Notes under the pieces: model-generated
Told to the model about the DNA's origin: nothing
Seen by the model: only the letters and a program-made list of their open reading frames with translations
Databases searched by the model: none
In this document: piece after piece, positions 18,583 through 27,947 of the stretch
Numbering within the stretch: the first letter of the stretch is position 1
Layout of the letters: every line of letters begins with the position of its first letter
NCBI GenBank assembly: GCA_036675025.1
Contig: JAKFFN010000054.1
Span: 11,673 to 75,672 of the forward strand
DNA length: 64,000 nt
Reading direction: 5' to 3'
Origin: Candidatus Sumerlaeales bacterium
Lineage (GTDB): Bacteria > Sumerlaeota > Sumerlaeia > Sumerlaeales > Sumerlaeaceae
Translations under genes and position numbers: made by a program

Positions 18583-19295
18583 CCGGGCACTTCCTGCAAA
18601 AGCGATCGCGGCAGGCGGAGATGATGGACGCGCCGGACATTGACCCGGCGGAACTCGATCATGCCATGCGTCACCTGGAAATTGTTAACCGCTGGCTGAA
18701 CGGCTACCGCCCTTCAGAAGCCGGTCTGCAGAGACTGATTCCCGCGGGTGCAAAGGAGTTTACGCTGTTGGACGTCGGATGTGGCAGCGGCGATACGCTG
18801 AGACAACTGGCGGAGTGGGCGCGCTCAAAGAAGATATCGGCGAGGCTGACGGGCATTGAGCTGTCGGAGCAATCTACGCGGCGCGCCGCAGCAGCGTGTA
18901 AGAATTATCCGGAGATTGAGATCAGGCACCAGGATGTTTTTACTTTGGCGACTGACGAGCAGTATGACGTGGTACACAGTGCCCTGGTTCTTCATCATTT
19001 CTCAAGGGATGAAGACGTGGTGCGGGTTCTCAAACGGATGAATGATGCCGCGCGCCTGGGCGTGATCATTAATGACCTGCACCGCCATCCCTTCGCCTAT
19101 AATTCCATTCGGTTGCTCACGCGCGCGCTCAGCCGCAGTGAAGTTCTGCGGAATGACGCGCCGCTTTCTGTAGCACGGGCTTTTACGCGGGACGAGCTCA
19201 TGCGGTTTGCGGAAGAAGCGAATCTGGGAAATGTGACGGTGAATTGGCACTGGGCATTCCGCTGGCTTATGGTTTCTGATAAGAACCCCAAGTAA
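18579..19295 (+). CDS. Class I SAM-dependent methyltransferase, translationally coupled to the type III PKS
   Basis: The ATG at 18579 overlaps the PKS stop (ATGA). The SAM motif LLDVGCGSGD is present. 238 aa. Confidence 0.75.
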   Translation: MTGHFLQKRSRQAEMMDAPDIDPAELDHAMRHLEIVNRWLNGYRPSEAGLQRLIPAGAKEFTLLDVGCGSGDTLRQLAEWARSKKISARLTGIELSEQSTRRAAAACKNYPEIEIRHQDVFTLATDEQYDVVHSALVLHHFSRDEDVVRVLKRMNDAARLGVIINDLHRHPFAYNSIRLLTRALSRSEVLRNDAPLSVARAFTRDELMRFAEEANLGNVTVNWHWAFRWLMVSDKNPK

Positions 19296-19324
19296 CACTG
19301 CCGCGGTTCGCATCTGATAAGCTT

Positions 19325-20581
19325 ATGAAAATCATTCCGGAAAATCCACAGACATATCCTGTCGTAATAATTGGCGGCGGGCTGGCAGGCAGCGCGGCTG
19401 GTGCAGCGCTGGCGCGGTCGGGCTGGAAAGTTGCGATTATTGAGCGGGACACTTTTCCCAGGGATAAACTTTGCGGCGAGTTCCTCAGCGGCGAATCGCG
19501 CCGTCTGCTTTCGCAGATCGGGTGTCTGCAGGATCTTCTTCAACATGATCCGCCAGAAATAGCTTCGGTGCGGATCGTACCATCATCCGGACGCGATTTG
19601 AGAGTACAGTTGCCAGAGCCGGCCCTCGGCATCAGCCGCAGGGTTCTTGATGAGACGCTATTTAATCATGCCTGCGCGTGTGGCGCGGATGGATTTACAG
19701 GTTGTGAAGTTCGCGAACTGCAAAAGACGGAAGATGCTTCACGCAGCCTGCACGTCAGGCAGCAGATGGGCCGCGAAGTTTTGCTGCGGGATCTTTCACC
19801 AAAGCTGATTATCAACGCATACGGCCGCCGTGGAAAATTGGACCACGACCTGCAGCGTGCATTTCTGACCCGTGTGCAGGCCAGCACCGGATTCAAAATG
19901 CACCATCGCATTGCGGCCGGATTGGCCGGGCAAGAAGCATTTCGGGAACTTGCAGGGGTGACTGAAATCTACGGCTTAGACGGCGGCTACTGCGGAGTAA
20001 ACCTGGTGGAGCAGGGACTGGTAAACGTGTGCATGCTGCTACAGCCTCGCGCTTTGAAACATGTGAAGTCGGGACAATGGAAAGACATCGTAATTTTTCT
20101 CACACGGGCCAATACTGCATTAGGACGCAGGCTGACCGGTCTCGTTCCTGTTACAGATCGCGCATTGTCTGTGTCGGGGATGCCATTTGTTTCAAAAGAA
20201 CAGGCCACCGACAACTGTCTCTTCATCGGCGATGCGGCGGGTATGATTACACCCTTTTGCGGCGATGGCCAGGCTATGGCACTTGAGTCTGGAGTGCGGC
20301 TCGCAACTATGTTGATTCGTAAGTATGATGCGACAGCACCGGGTTTCAGCAGCGCAGATATTAGCATCGGAGAGTTATCGAGGGAGTGGTCGCGCGATTG
20401 GGAACGCCAGTTTGGCCTTCGCCTGAAGGTGGGGAACGCACTGCAGTCGGCACTGTTTCGTCCTGGTTTAAGCAGCGTTGCCATTTCCGTTCTTCGCCAC
20501 ACACCGGGTGTTGCATCCTACCTGGCTGCTATTACGCGCAGTCGCTCCAGCCGCCGTATCGGGAGCCTTACAGCAGAATGA
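19325..20581 (+). CDS. FAD-dependent oxidoreductase / monooxygenase (geranylgeranyl-reductase / halogenase-like Rossmann family)
   Basis: The N-terminal dinucleotide-binding motif is VVIIGGGLAGSAAGAALARSG...IIERD, and a second GDAAG motif lies downstream (IGDAAGMITPFCGDG). 418 aa. Confidence 0.75.
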   Translation: MKIIPENPQTYPVVIIGGGLAGSAAGAALARSGWKVAIIERDTFPRDKLCGEFLSGESRRLLSQIGCLQDLLQHDPPEIASVRIVPSSGRDLRVQLPEPALGISRRVLDETLFNHACACGADGFTGCEVRELQKTEDASRSLHVRQQMGREVLLRDLSPKLIINAYGRRGKLDHDLQRAFLTRVQASTGFKMHHRIAAGLAGQEAFRELAGVTEIYGLDGGYCGVNLVEQGLVNVCMLLQPRALKHVKSGQWKDIVIFLTRANTALGRRLTGLVPVTDRALSVSGMPFVSKEQATDNCLFIGDAAGMITPFCGDGQAMALESGVRLATMLIRKYDATAPGFSSADISIGELSREWSRDWERQFGLRLKVGNALQSALFRPGLSSVAISVLRHTPGVASYLAAITRSRSSRRIGSLTAE

Positions 20582-21270
20582 CCGACGGTCCTGACAATCA
20601 AATCGTCACATGCTATACCATACCCGGCCTGGGTGGCACGCCAGAAATTTTTGACAAACTGGAATTTCCTCCACGGATAAAAAAGCAGCCGCTTTACTGG
20701 ATTGCGCATCGCCACAAGGAAAGTCTGAAGGATTACGCGGAGAGACTTCTGCCGCAGATTGACGGGTCGCGCCCGTTCATTCTTGTGGGATATTCTTTCG
20801 GTGCGGCCATTGCGGTTGAGTTAGCGAAGCAGGCCTCTCCCCTTCTCACGGTTGTCATTTCCGGGGTGAAGAGTGAGCGAGAGATGCCATTTTACCTGGG
20901 GCGGGCAGAGCTTTTTGGTGCGTACACGAAATCGGTGTTTGTCCATTCGCTCTGGGCGCCACTGCTACGGCTGGGAGCTCGCATTTCGTTCGGCACAAAT
21001 GATCCGACAGCGCTGGATATGCTCGTTAGGCTGATCCAGACAGCAGACCCTAAATTATACCAGTGGGGCCTGAAGGCGTTGATGGACTGGGAGAATGGTC
21101 ATGTGCCAGGCAATATCCTTCACATCCACGGCAGCAAAGACAGGGTATTGCCGCTTCGCTATGTGACTGCCGACAAAGTGATTGAAGGAGGAGGTCACCT
21201 TATTGTTTATACGCACGGCAAAGAGATCGGCGACCTCATCGCTTCGCGCTTACGTCTGCCAAGTATTTAA
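20578..21270 (+). CDS. Alpha/beta-fold hydrolase (thioesterase/esterase-like)
   Basis: The ATG at 20578 overlaps the stop of the FAD oxidoreductase gene (ATGA). The nucleophile elbow GYSFGA (GxSxG) is present. 230 aa. Confidence 0.65.
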   Translation: MTDGPDNQIVTCYTIPGLGGTPEIFDKLEFPPRIKKQPLYWIAHRHKESLKDYAERLLPQIDGSRPFILVGYSFGAAIAVELAKQASPLLTVVISGVKSEREMPFYLGRAELFGAYTKSVFVHSLWAPLLRLGARISFGTNDPTALDMLVRLIQTADPKLYQWGLKALMDWENGHVPGNILHIHGSKDRVLPLRYVTADKVIEGGGHLIVYTHGKEIGDLIASRLRLPSI

Positions 21271-22169
21271 GCTGGCTCTTTGACGACCTTGTCTCGCACA
21301 ATCTCTACGGTACAAGGCGCTTCGGCAGCTACGGCCGCCGACGTGCTGCCGATCAGCAGCCGGTCAAGAAGGCTGTGGCCGATGGCGCCGACGAACAGGC
21401 AATCGGCGTTATACTCTTTCGCTTCCTCCAGCAGTACGCTGCGGGCAAAACCCGGACGTATAAAGGTTGAGCATTTTACGCCGGCAGCAGTGATTATGTC
21501 TGAAGCGGCGGCCAATGCTTTGTGGAGTTCGGCCTGGTGATCTTCGTAGGAAAGGCCACCTTCGTATAGCTCAACATCGAAAGCGGAAACGAGGCGCACC
21601 TCTGAGCCGGCGGGCCATTGGCGCTGAGCAACTGCCTCCACGGCCTTTTTCGAATGGGCAGAGCCGTCGACTCCTACCATCAGCTTAACAGGCCTGGCAT
21701 CTACGTTACCAGTGGACAGCCGCGCAACGCGTACGGAACATGGCGCATGATTAACGACGAAGTGCGATGTGCTGCCGAAGGCAATCCGGCTCAACAGTGA
21801 GTGACCTTTTGAACCGATAACGACGAGATCGGCGCCAAACTGCTCGGCCTCCCGGATCAGCAGCCATTGTGCACGGCCTACGCGGCTCTTTGCCTGGACG
21901 TTCCAGCCCGGGAAAGCTTCCTGCAACTGGGTCTCACCGTACTGCGCTTTCTCACATACCTGTGTTACGAGGCGTGAGGTGTCGATCTGGTAGCTCCCAA
22001 CGAGATCAGGTGACCTGGCAGTGGCAAAATTTTGTTCTGCGAGGGATGGAAGATCTTCCAGTGCAGTAAGCACCGTAGCGTCGCAGTTGCTTGGAAGCCC
22101 GGCAAGCTTTAGATCACGTAAGGCGGCGCGGGCGCCTTCGGTGTCGTTGTAACCGATTACGATTTTCAT
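21267..22169 (-). CDS. Tandem-domain universal stress protein (UspA family)
   Basis: There are two Usp domains. Each has the ATP-binding glycine motif near its C-terminus (VVIGSKGHSLLSRIAFGSTS and LFVGAIGHSLLDRLLIGSTSAAV). I chose the ATG at 22169 (MKIVIGY...); the track's longer version starts at a TTG. Confidence 0.75.
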   Translation of the reverse strand: MKIVIGYNDTEGARAALRDLKLAGLPSNCDATVLTALEDLPSLAEQNFATARSPDLVGSYQIDTSRLVTQVCEKAQYGETQLQEAFPGWNVQAKSRVGRAQWLLIREAEQFGADLVVIGSKGHSLLSRIAFGSTSHFVVNHAPCSVRVARLSTGNVDARPVKLMVGVDGSAHSKKAVEAVAQRQWPAGSEVRLVSAFDVELYEGGLSYEDHQAELHKALAAASDIITAAGVKCSTFIRPGFARSVLLEEAKEYNADCLFVGAIGHSLLDRLLIGSTSAAVAAEAPCTVEIVRDKVVKEPA

Positions 22170-22273
22170 GTTTTGGAGATAGGATAAGGGGGTACGCCGT
22201 GTCAACTCATATGGCTATGCGGCGATTGCACCATCTCCGTCCTGATTCGAATACAGAATCTTAATTACCGACT

Positions 22274-22297
22274 GGATTTGACGTTTTTTGATCATTT
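22274..22297. promoter_or_regulatory. Tandem direct repeat TTTTGATCAT x2, each with a palindromic TGATCA core, in the usp / aldolase-SDR divergent promoter region
   Basis: The sequence reads GACGTTTTTTGATCATTTTTGATCATTTCC and lies immediately 5' of the aldolase-SDR gene. Confidence 0.4.
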
Positions 22298-24628
22298 TTG
22301 ATCATTTCCATTGAATGCTTAAGCGCATTGGTAGTCGCTTCCACTACAAATTCTGGCGCCAAAACTGGGCGCTATTTCCGAGAGGATAGCTGCGTGTCTG
22401 CTGATCAGAAAAGCTTTCAATTTGTGAACGACCTGTGGAACGACGAGGAAGCCGAGGCACTGAGCCCACTGGAGCGACTCGTTTACAGGTCGAACAGGCT
22501 GGGTGATGATCAGCGGATAACGAACACCGGCGGCGGAAACACCTCGAGCAAGGTGATGGAGCGTGACCCACTAAGCGGCGAGCCGGTGCAGGTGCTTTGG
22601 GTAAAGGGCAGCGGCGGAGATTTGCGCACATCAAAGGCGGAAAACTTTTCATCGCTCTACCAGGACAAGCTGCTGGCGCTGCAGAACATTTACGCGCAGC
22701 AGCCGGAACGCGGGCCCAAGACGCCAGCGGAAGATCGCATGGTCGGACTGTTTGCGCACACGAATTTCAACCTGAACTCACGCGCTCCGTCTATTGATAC
22801 GCCACTGCATTCCTTCGTGCCTTATGAGCATGTTGATCACACGCATCCCAACGCCGTTATTTCCGTAGCCGCTTCCGAGAACTCGGAAGATCTGACGAAA
22901 CAGATTTTCGGCGACAAAGTCATTCATGTGCCGTGGCTCCGCCCCGGGTTTGAACTGGGACTGCAGATGCAGGACGTGTGCAAAGCCTACCCTGATGCAC
23001 AGGGCGTGGTAATGGGGCAGCATGGCCTGATCAACTGGGCGCATGATGATCGCGAGTGCTATTACCTTACGCTGGAATTGATCGAACAGGCTTCTCGGTA
23101 CATTGAGCAGCGTTACAGGGAGAAGGGCGGCGATGAAGCAGCCTTTGGCGGCGCGCTGCATCAGTCGTTGCCTGAGAATGCGCGAGAGGCTGTGCTTACT
23201 GAGATCCTGCCGTGGCTGCGAGGCCAGGTAAGTACGGAAAAGCGGATGATTGCGACGGTGCAGACAGACGCGCCGGTGCTGCGATTTGTAAACTCGCGCG
23301 ATGCGGAGCGCCTTGCTGAGCTGGGGACGTCGTGCCCTGACCACTTCCTGCGCACAAAGATCAAGCCGCTCTACGTGCCCCTGGCACAGGACACAGTTGC
23401 CGCTGCGGCGGGCGAAGATGTGGTCGCGCTGGTTGAAGCCGTTAAGGCAGAGCTGGCAAAGAGCCTGGAGAAGTATCGCAATGATTACCGCGAGTACTAC
23501 GAGAGCTGCAAACACGCCAACAGCCCGGCGATGCGTGACCCCAACCCCACGGTAATTTTAATCCCCGGGGTAGGCATGGTGGCGTTCGGAAAGTCGAAAA
23601 GCGAGAGCCGCGTGACGGCGGAGTTTTACAATTGCGCCATAGAAGTGATGCGCGGGGCCGAAGCCATCGACAAGTATATCTCGCTGCCTCAGCAGGAGGC
23701 TTTCGACATCGAGTACTGGCTTCTGGAAGAAGCGAAGCTTCAGCGCATGCCGGCGGAGAAAGAACTGGCGCGCCAGGTAGCGGTGGTGATTGGTGCGGGC
23801 TCGGGCATCGGGCGGGAGGTTGCGCACCGACTGGTGCGCGAAGGCGCTGTGATCGCCTGTGTTGATATGAACCTTGAGGCAGCGCAGGAAACGGCGCAGC
23901 AGCTGCTGAAAAAAACGGGCGCCGGCATCGGCGTGGCGGGGACTGGCATCTCGGGGTGCGGCGATGCAATCGGGCTGCGGTGCGACATAACCAATCGCGA
24001 TAGCGTAAAGGCCATGCTTGAACAGGTGATCCTTGCGTATGGCGGCTTCGACCATGTGGTTGTTACTGCTGGCATCTTCGTGCCGCCGGACACGACGGGG
24101 CATGTTCCCGATGACAAGTGGGCGCTCACGTTCGCCATCAACGTCACGGGCAGCTACATTGTTGCTGATGAAGCGCGGGCGATCTGGGCGAAGCAGGGCC
24201 TGAAGGGCAGCCTGACGCTGACCACGAGCGCCAATGCCGTGGTGGCGAAGAAGGGCAGCTTGGCTTATGATACGAGCAAGGCGGCAGCGAATCATCTTGT
24301 GCGGGAACTTGCCATTGAACTGGCTCCGGTTGTACGGGTGAACGGCGTGGCACCGGCGACGGTGGTGGCGGGAAGCAGCATGTTCCCGAGGGACCGGGTG
24401 ATTTCGAGCCTGGCGAAGTATAACATAGCCTATAGCGAGGATGAAACCACCGAGGCTCTTCGCGATCGGCTGGCGCAGTTCTATGCAGAGCGGACGCTGA
24501 CACGGTCGCCCATTACGCCCGCTGACCAGGCGGAGGCTTTCTTTCTCCTGGTTTCCGGCCGGCTCAGTAAGACATCCGGCCAGATCATTTCGGTGGATGG
24601 CGGGCTGAACGACGCGTTTCTGCGATAG
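22298..24628 (+). CDS. Bifunctional rhamnulose-1-phosphate aldolase / short-chain dehydrogenase (class II aldolase N-domain plus SDR C-domain)
   Basis: The N-terminal half is a class II aldolase/adducin fold (...NTGGGNTSSK..., HTHP). The C-terminal half is an SDR with the Rossmann motif VIGAGSGIGREVA and the YxxxK active site (YDTSKAAANHL). The true start may be the in-frame GTG at 22394 (VSADQKSFQFVNDLW). Confidence 0.8.
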   Translation: MIISIECLSALVVASTTNSGAKTGRYFREDSCVSADQKSFQFVNDLWNDEEAEALSPLERLVYRSNRLGDDQRITNTGGGNTSSKVMERDPLSGEPVQVLWVKGSGGDLRTSKAENFSSLYQDKLLALQNIYAQQPERGPKTPAEDRMVGLFAHTNFNLNSRAPSIDTPLHSFVPYEHVDHTHPNAVISVAASENSEDLTKQIFGDKVIHVPWLRPGFELGLQMQDVCKAYPDAQGVVMGQHGLINWAHDDRECYYLTLELIEQASRYIEQRYREKGGDEAAFGGALHQSLPENAREAVLTEILPWLRGQVSTEKRMIATVQTDAPVLRFVNSRDAERLAELGTSCPDHFLRTKIKPLYVPLAQDTVAAAAGEDVVALVEAVKAELAKSLEKYRNDYREYYESCKHANSPAMRDPNPTVILIPGVGMVAFGKSKSESRVTAEFYNCAIEVMRGAEAIDKYISLPQQEAFDIEYWLLEEAKLQRMPAEKELARQVAVVIGAGSGIGREVAHRLVREGAVIACVDMNLEAAQETAQQLLKKTGAGIGVAGTGISGCGDAIGLRCDITNRDSVKAMLEQVILAYGGFDHVVVTAGIFVPPDTTGHVPDDKWALTFAINVTGSYIVADEARAIWAKQGLKGSLTLTTSANAVVAKKGSLAYDTSKAAANHLVRELAIELAPVVRVNGVAPATVVAGSSMFPRDRVISSLAKYNIAYSEDETTEALRDRLAQFYAERTLTRSPITPADQAEAFFLLVSGRLSKTSGQIISVDGGLNDAFLR

Positions 24629-24677
24629 TATTTTGTCGATTTTTGGATTGGCGTAAGTGTTGCGCAGATTGCATCCA

Positions 24678-26114
24678 ATGTCAAAAAGCACAGCCATTGT
24701 CTGGTTCAGAAATGATCTGCGCCTAGCCGATAACCTTGCGCTTGCCGAGGCGGCAAAGGAATTTGACAAGGTATTACCACTATTTATATGGTGGCCTAAA
24801 GCACAGGTCCACATTGGATCTGCAAGTAAAGTCTGGCTGCACCACTCCCTGTTGTCGTTGGATGCATCGTTACAGAACGCAGGCAGTCGACTTTTTGTCC
24901 GTACGGGCAACCCTGTAAAAGTATTAAAGGAAATCTCAAAAGAAACTGGCGCCAGTGCAGTTTTCTGGAATCGTTCTTACGAGCCTGCAGAGCTGCAACT
25001 TGAAGATGAAATTAAGGCGAGTCTAAATAGCTCACGCGTGCTGGCCGGGCATTTTGCGGGCAACCTGCTCTTAGAGCCATGGGAGGCACGCAAAAAGAAT
25101 AATACTCCGTACCTGGTCTTCACACCGTTCGCAAAATCAAGCTTCGAAAAACTTGGCCAGGTTCATATTGTATCGAAGCCGGGCAATCTTCCGACCGCAC
25201 CTCGAGGAGTAAGGACTGGCACCATCGGAAGCTTGGAATTGCTGCCAACGGTCCGGTGGGATAATGGCATTACAGATGCCTGGCAAATTGGAGAAGATGC
25301 CGCCGAGAGGTCATTGCGGCGATTCATTAAAAACGGATTACGTAACTATGATGAAACTCGCAATTTACCGGCTTTGGACGACGGCGTCAGCCGTTTGTCG
25401 CCGCACCTGCATTTTGGCGAGATTTCACCGCGGCAGATTTGGGCGGCGGTAACAAGGGAGCGAGAAAAACTTTCCGGCAAAGAGGCTGCCAGTGCCACGG
25501 TTTTTCTTAAGGAACTGCTGTGGCGTGAGTTCAGCCACCACTTGTTGTACCACTTTCCGACAATGCCGGAATTAGAGCTGCGCGAGGAGTTTGATTACTA
25601 CCCGTGGGATTCTGCGAACGAATACTTAAGGGCGTGGCAAAAAGGGCTGACCGGATTTCCGATTGTTGATGCCGGAATGCGACAGCTTTGGCAGACAGGT
25701 TGGATGCATAATCGCGTTCGGATGATCGTGGGTTCTTTCCTGATTAAAGACCTCGGCATCGACTGGCGTACTGGCGAAGAATGGTTCTGGGATACACTGG
25801 TCGATGCCGACCTGGCACAAAACTCCATGAACTGGCAATGGGTGGCCGGCTGCGGTGCCGACGCTTCTCCGTTTTTCCGAATTTTTAATCCTACGAGCCA
25901 AGGCAAAAAGTTTGATCCGGAGGGCAATTACATCCGCAAGTACGTGCCGGAATTGGCTAAGCTTCCGGCCAAATGGATTCATGCACCACAGGACGCGCCG
26001 GCGGAAGTATTACAAAAAGCCGGTGTAGCTCCAGGTGATACCTATCCATTGCCGATAGTTGACCATGCGACGGCACGTGCTGAATCGCTCAGAAATTATA
26101 AGCGTCTTCGCTGA
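24678..26114 (+). CDS. phr: Deoxyribodipyrimidine photolyase (CPD photolyase/cryptochrome family)
   Basis: The ATG at 24678 gives MSKSTAIVWFRNDLRLADN. The FAD-binding C-terminal block is present (TGFPIVDAGMRQLWQTGWMHNRVRMIVGSFLIKDL...NWQWVAG). Confidence 0.85.
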   Translation: MSKSTAIVWFRNDLRLADNLALAEAAKEFDKVLPLFIWWPKAQVHIGSASKVWLHHSLLSLDASLQNAGSRLFVRTGNPVKVLKEISKETGASAVFWNRSYEPAELQLEDEIKASLNSSRVLAGHFAGNLLLEPWEARKKNNTPYLVFTPFAKSSFEKLGQVHIVSKPGNLPTAPRGVRTGTIGSLELLPTVRWDNGITDAWQIGEDAAERSLRRFIKNGLRNYDETRNLPALDDGVSRLSPHLHFGEISPRQIWAAVTREREKLSGKEAASATVFLKELLWREFSHHLLYHFPTMPELELREEFDYYPWDSANEYLRAWQKGLTGFPIVDAGMRQLWQTGWMHNRVRMIVGSFLIKDLGIDWRTGEEWFWDTLVDADLAQNSMNWQWVAGCGADASPFFRIFNPTSQGKKFDPEGNYIRKYVPELAKLPAKWIHAPQDAPAEVLQKAGVAPGDTYPLPIVDHATARAESLRNYKRLR

Positions 26115-26154
26115 CAATTGTAGACAACTTGCATTAGAGCGTGCTGATCAAGCC

Positions 26155-27834
26155 ATGCGCTACTTACCCGGAATTCTTTTCATTGTAATGGCAATAGGCG
26201 CCCAGGCCTCCCCGCTGAACTTTCCGCCGCTGAATGTTGCGGCGGTGGATCCTTTGATCAAAGTCTTTCGCGATGATGTGGTCGCAGGAGAACCGGCAGC
26301 CCACTCAGATTCCGCCCGCGGCGAGCATGCCAGCTTCCAGGTCGTTGTCACTTCGTGCCCTGTTGATTTAAAGAGCATCCGGTGCGAAGTAACGCCTTTC
26401 ACGCGCGACGGCGGCAGCGAGTCGCTTCCGGTGAAAAGCGTGCGTTATGTCGGGCATGTCGGGTCCAGCATCTCGGGAAAAACGACAGCCAGCGATATTC
26501 TGCGGATTGCGCCGGCCATGTATCCAGATCCCCTGCTGGAAGTTAATGACATTGATGTGGAGGCTGGGAGTAACCAGTCCATTTGGATTTCGGTCAAGGT
26601 GCCAGAGAATGCACAGCCGGGCGATTACCATGCGACTTCCACAGTGACTGCGCGGCTGTTTGGCGTGGATACCAGCGCCACCCTTCCGTTGTCACTCCGG
26701 GTGTATCCGGCGACGATAACGGATACGCGGCTTAACGTGACGCTGTGGTACCAGATGTATGACCACCATGACTGGAAGATGCCGGAGCGCTACACCGACG
26801 CCTGGTATGATGTCATCCGGGGTTACGTGAAAAGCATGGTGGAGCACCGGGAGAACTGGGGCTGGATTGAAACGCTGGAAGCGATGAAATTCAGCCGGGA
26901 CAGCGCCGGCAAGCTCCAGGTGGATTTTACGTACTTCGATAAATGGATGCAGGTGCTGTTTGATGGAGGCCTGGAAAAAATTGAGGGGCAGCATTTCGCC
27001 TTTCGCACAAAAGGCTGGCTGTCGCCCTTCGGCGTAAGCGTGTATTCAGAGAAAGACGGCGAATGGAAAGCGGAAAAAATGGCGCCGGATTCTGCCGAAG
27101 CGGAAGAATTCTACGCAGCCTATTTCCCGGCCTTCCAGGCGCACCTGGAAGAAAAGGGCTGGTTGGACAAATACGTTCAGCATGTGGCCGACGAACCGCT
27201 TGATAAGAATGTGGACAGTTACACTACGGCGGCCGCGCTCCTGAAGAAGTACGCACCGAAGATCCCGATCATGGAAGCCTGCCAGACCGAAAAGCTGGTT
27301 GGCACGGTGGACATCTGGATTCCGCAGCTAGACCATTTTAAAAAGGGCGCAGACTTCTTTCAGCAGCGCATTGAAGCGGGCGACGAAGTCTGGTTCTATA
27401 CCTGCATGTACCCGGCTGGTGAGTATGCAAACCGGTTTCTGGAATTGCCGCTGATAAAGACGCGGCTGCTCCATTGGATCAACTACCGATACGGCGCCAC
27501 CGGTTACCTTCACTGGGGCTGGAACTACTGGTCGCCGCATCCGTGGGAAAACTCGGCCCGCTACAGCATGGCACAGCTTCCCGGGGGCGATGCAAATATT
27601 GTTTACCCGAAGCCGGGCGAGCCAGGCGTATGGAGCTCTATCCGATACGAAGCCATGCGTGACGGCATTGAAGATCACGAGTTGCTGAGCCAGCTTGGGG
27701 AGAAAGATGCCGCAGCCGCTCGCGAACTGGTAGTGCGGCATATCCATGACTTCGATAAGTATGAAACAGACGTGAAGGTTTTTAGACAGACGCGCCGGGA
27801 ATTGCTGGAGAAGCTGTCTGAGATGGGCCAGTAG
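26155..27834 (+). CDS. Secreted DUF4091-containing glycoside-hydrolase-like protein
   Basis: The ATG at 26155 is followed by a signal peptide. The Trp-rich C-terminal region (LHWGWNYWSPHPWEN...GDANIVYP...SIRYEAMRDGIEDHELL) matches what I recall of the DUF4091 signature. Confidence 0.5.
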   Translation: MRYLPGILFIVMAIGAQASPLNFPPLNVAAVDPLIKVFRDDVVAGEPAAHSDSARGEHASFQVVVTSCPVDLKSIRCEVTPFTRDGGSESLPVKSVRYVGHVGSSISGKTTASDILRIAPAMYPDPLLEVNDIDVEAGSNQSIWISVKVPENAQPGDYHATSTVTARLFGVDTSATLPLSLRVYPATITDTRLNVTLWYQMYDHHDWKMPERYTDAWYDVIRGYVKSMVEHRENWGWIETLEAMKFSRDSAGKLQVDFTYFDKWMQVLFDGGLEKIEGQHFAFRTKGWLSPFGVSVYSEKDGEWKAEKMAPDSAEAEEFYAAYFPAFQAHLEEKGWLDKYVQHVADEPLDKNVDSYTTAAALLKKYAPKIPIMEACQTEKLVGTVDIWIPQLDHFKKGADFFQQRIEAGDEVWFYTCMYPAGEYANRFLELPLIKTRLLHWINYRYGATGYLHWGWNYWSPHPWENSARYSMAQLPGGDANIVYPKPGEPGVWSSIRYEAMRDGIEDHELLSQLGEKDAAAARELVVRHIHDFDKYETDVKVFRQTRRELLEKLSEMGQ

Positions 27835-27892
27835 CTAAATTACCGGCGAGCGCAAGCTCCGCAGTTCACGATTGACCGAAGGTGCTGTTACT

Positions 27893-27935
27893 AAAAAAAG
27901 CGCCGGAAGATCAAACCTTCCGGCGCTGATTGTTA
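27893..27935. terminator. Bidirectional rho-independent terminator between convergent genes
   Basis: AAAAAAA-GCGCCGGAAG-atcaaac-CTTCCGGCGC-TGATTGTT. Confidence 0.5.
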
Positions 27936-27947
27936 CCTGTTATAGTG

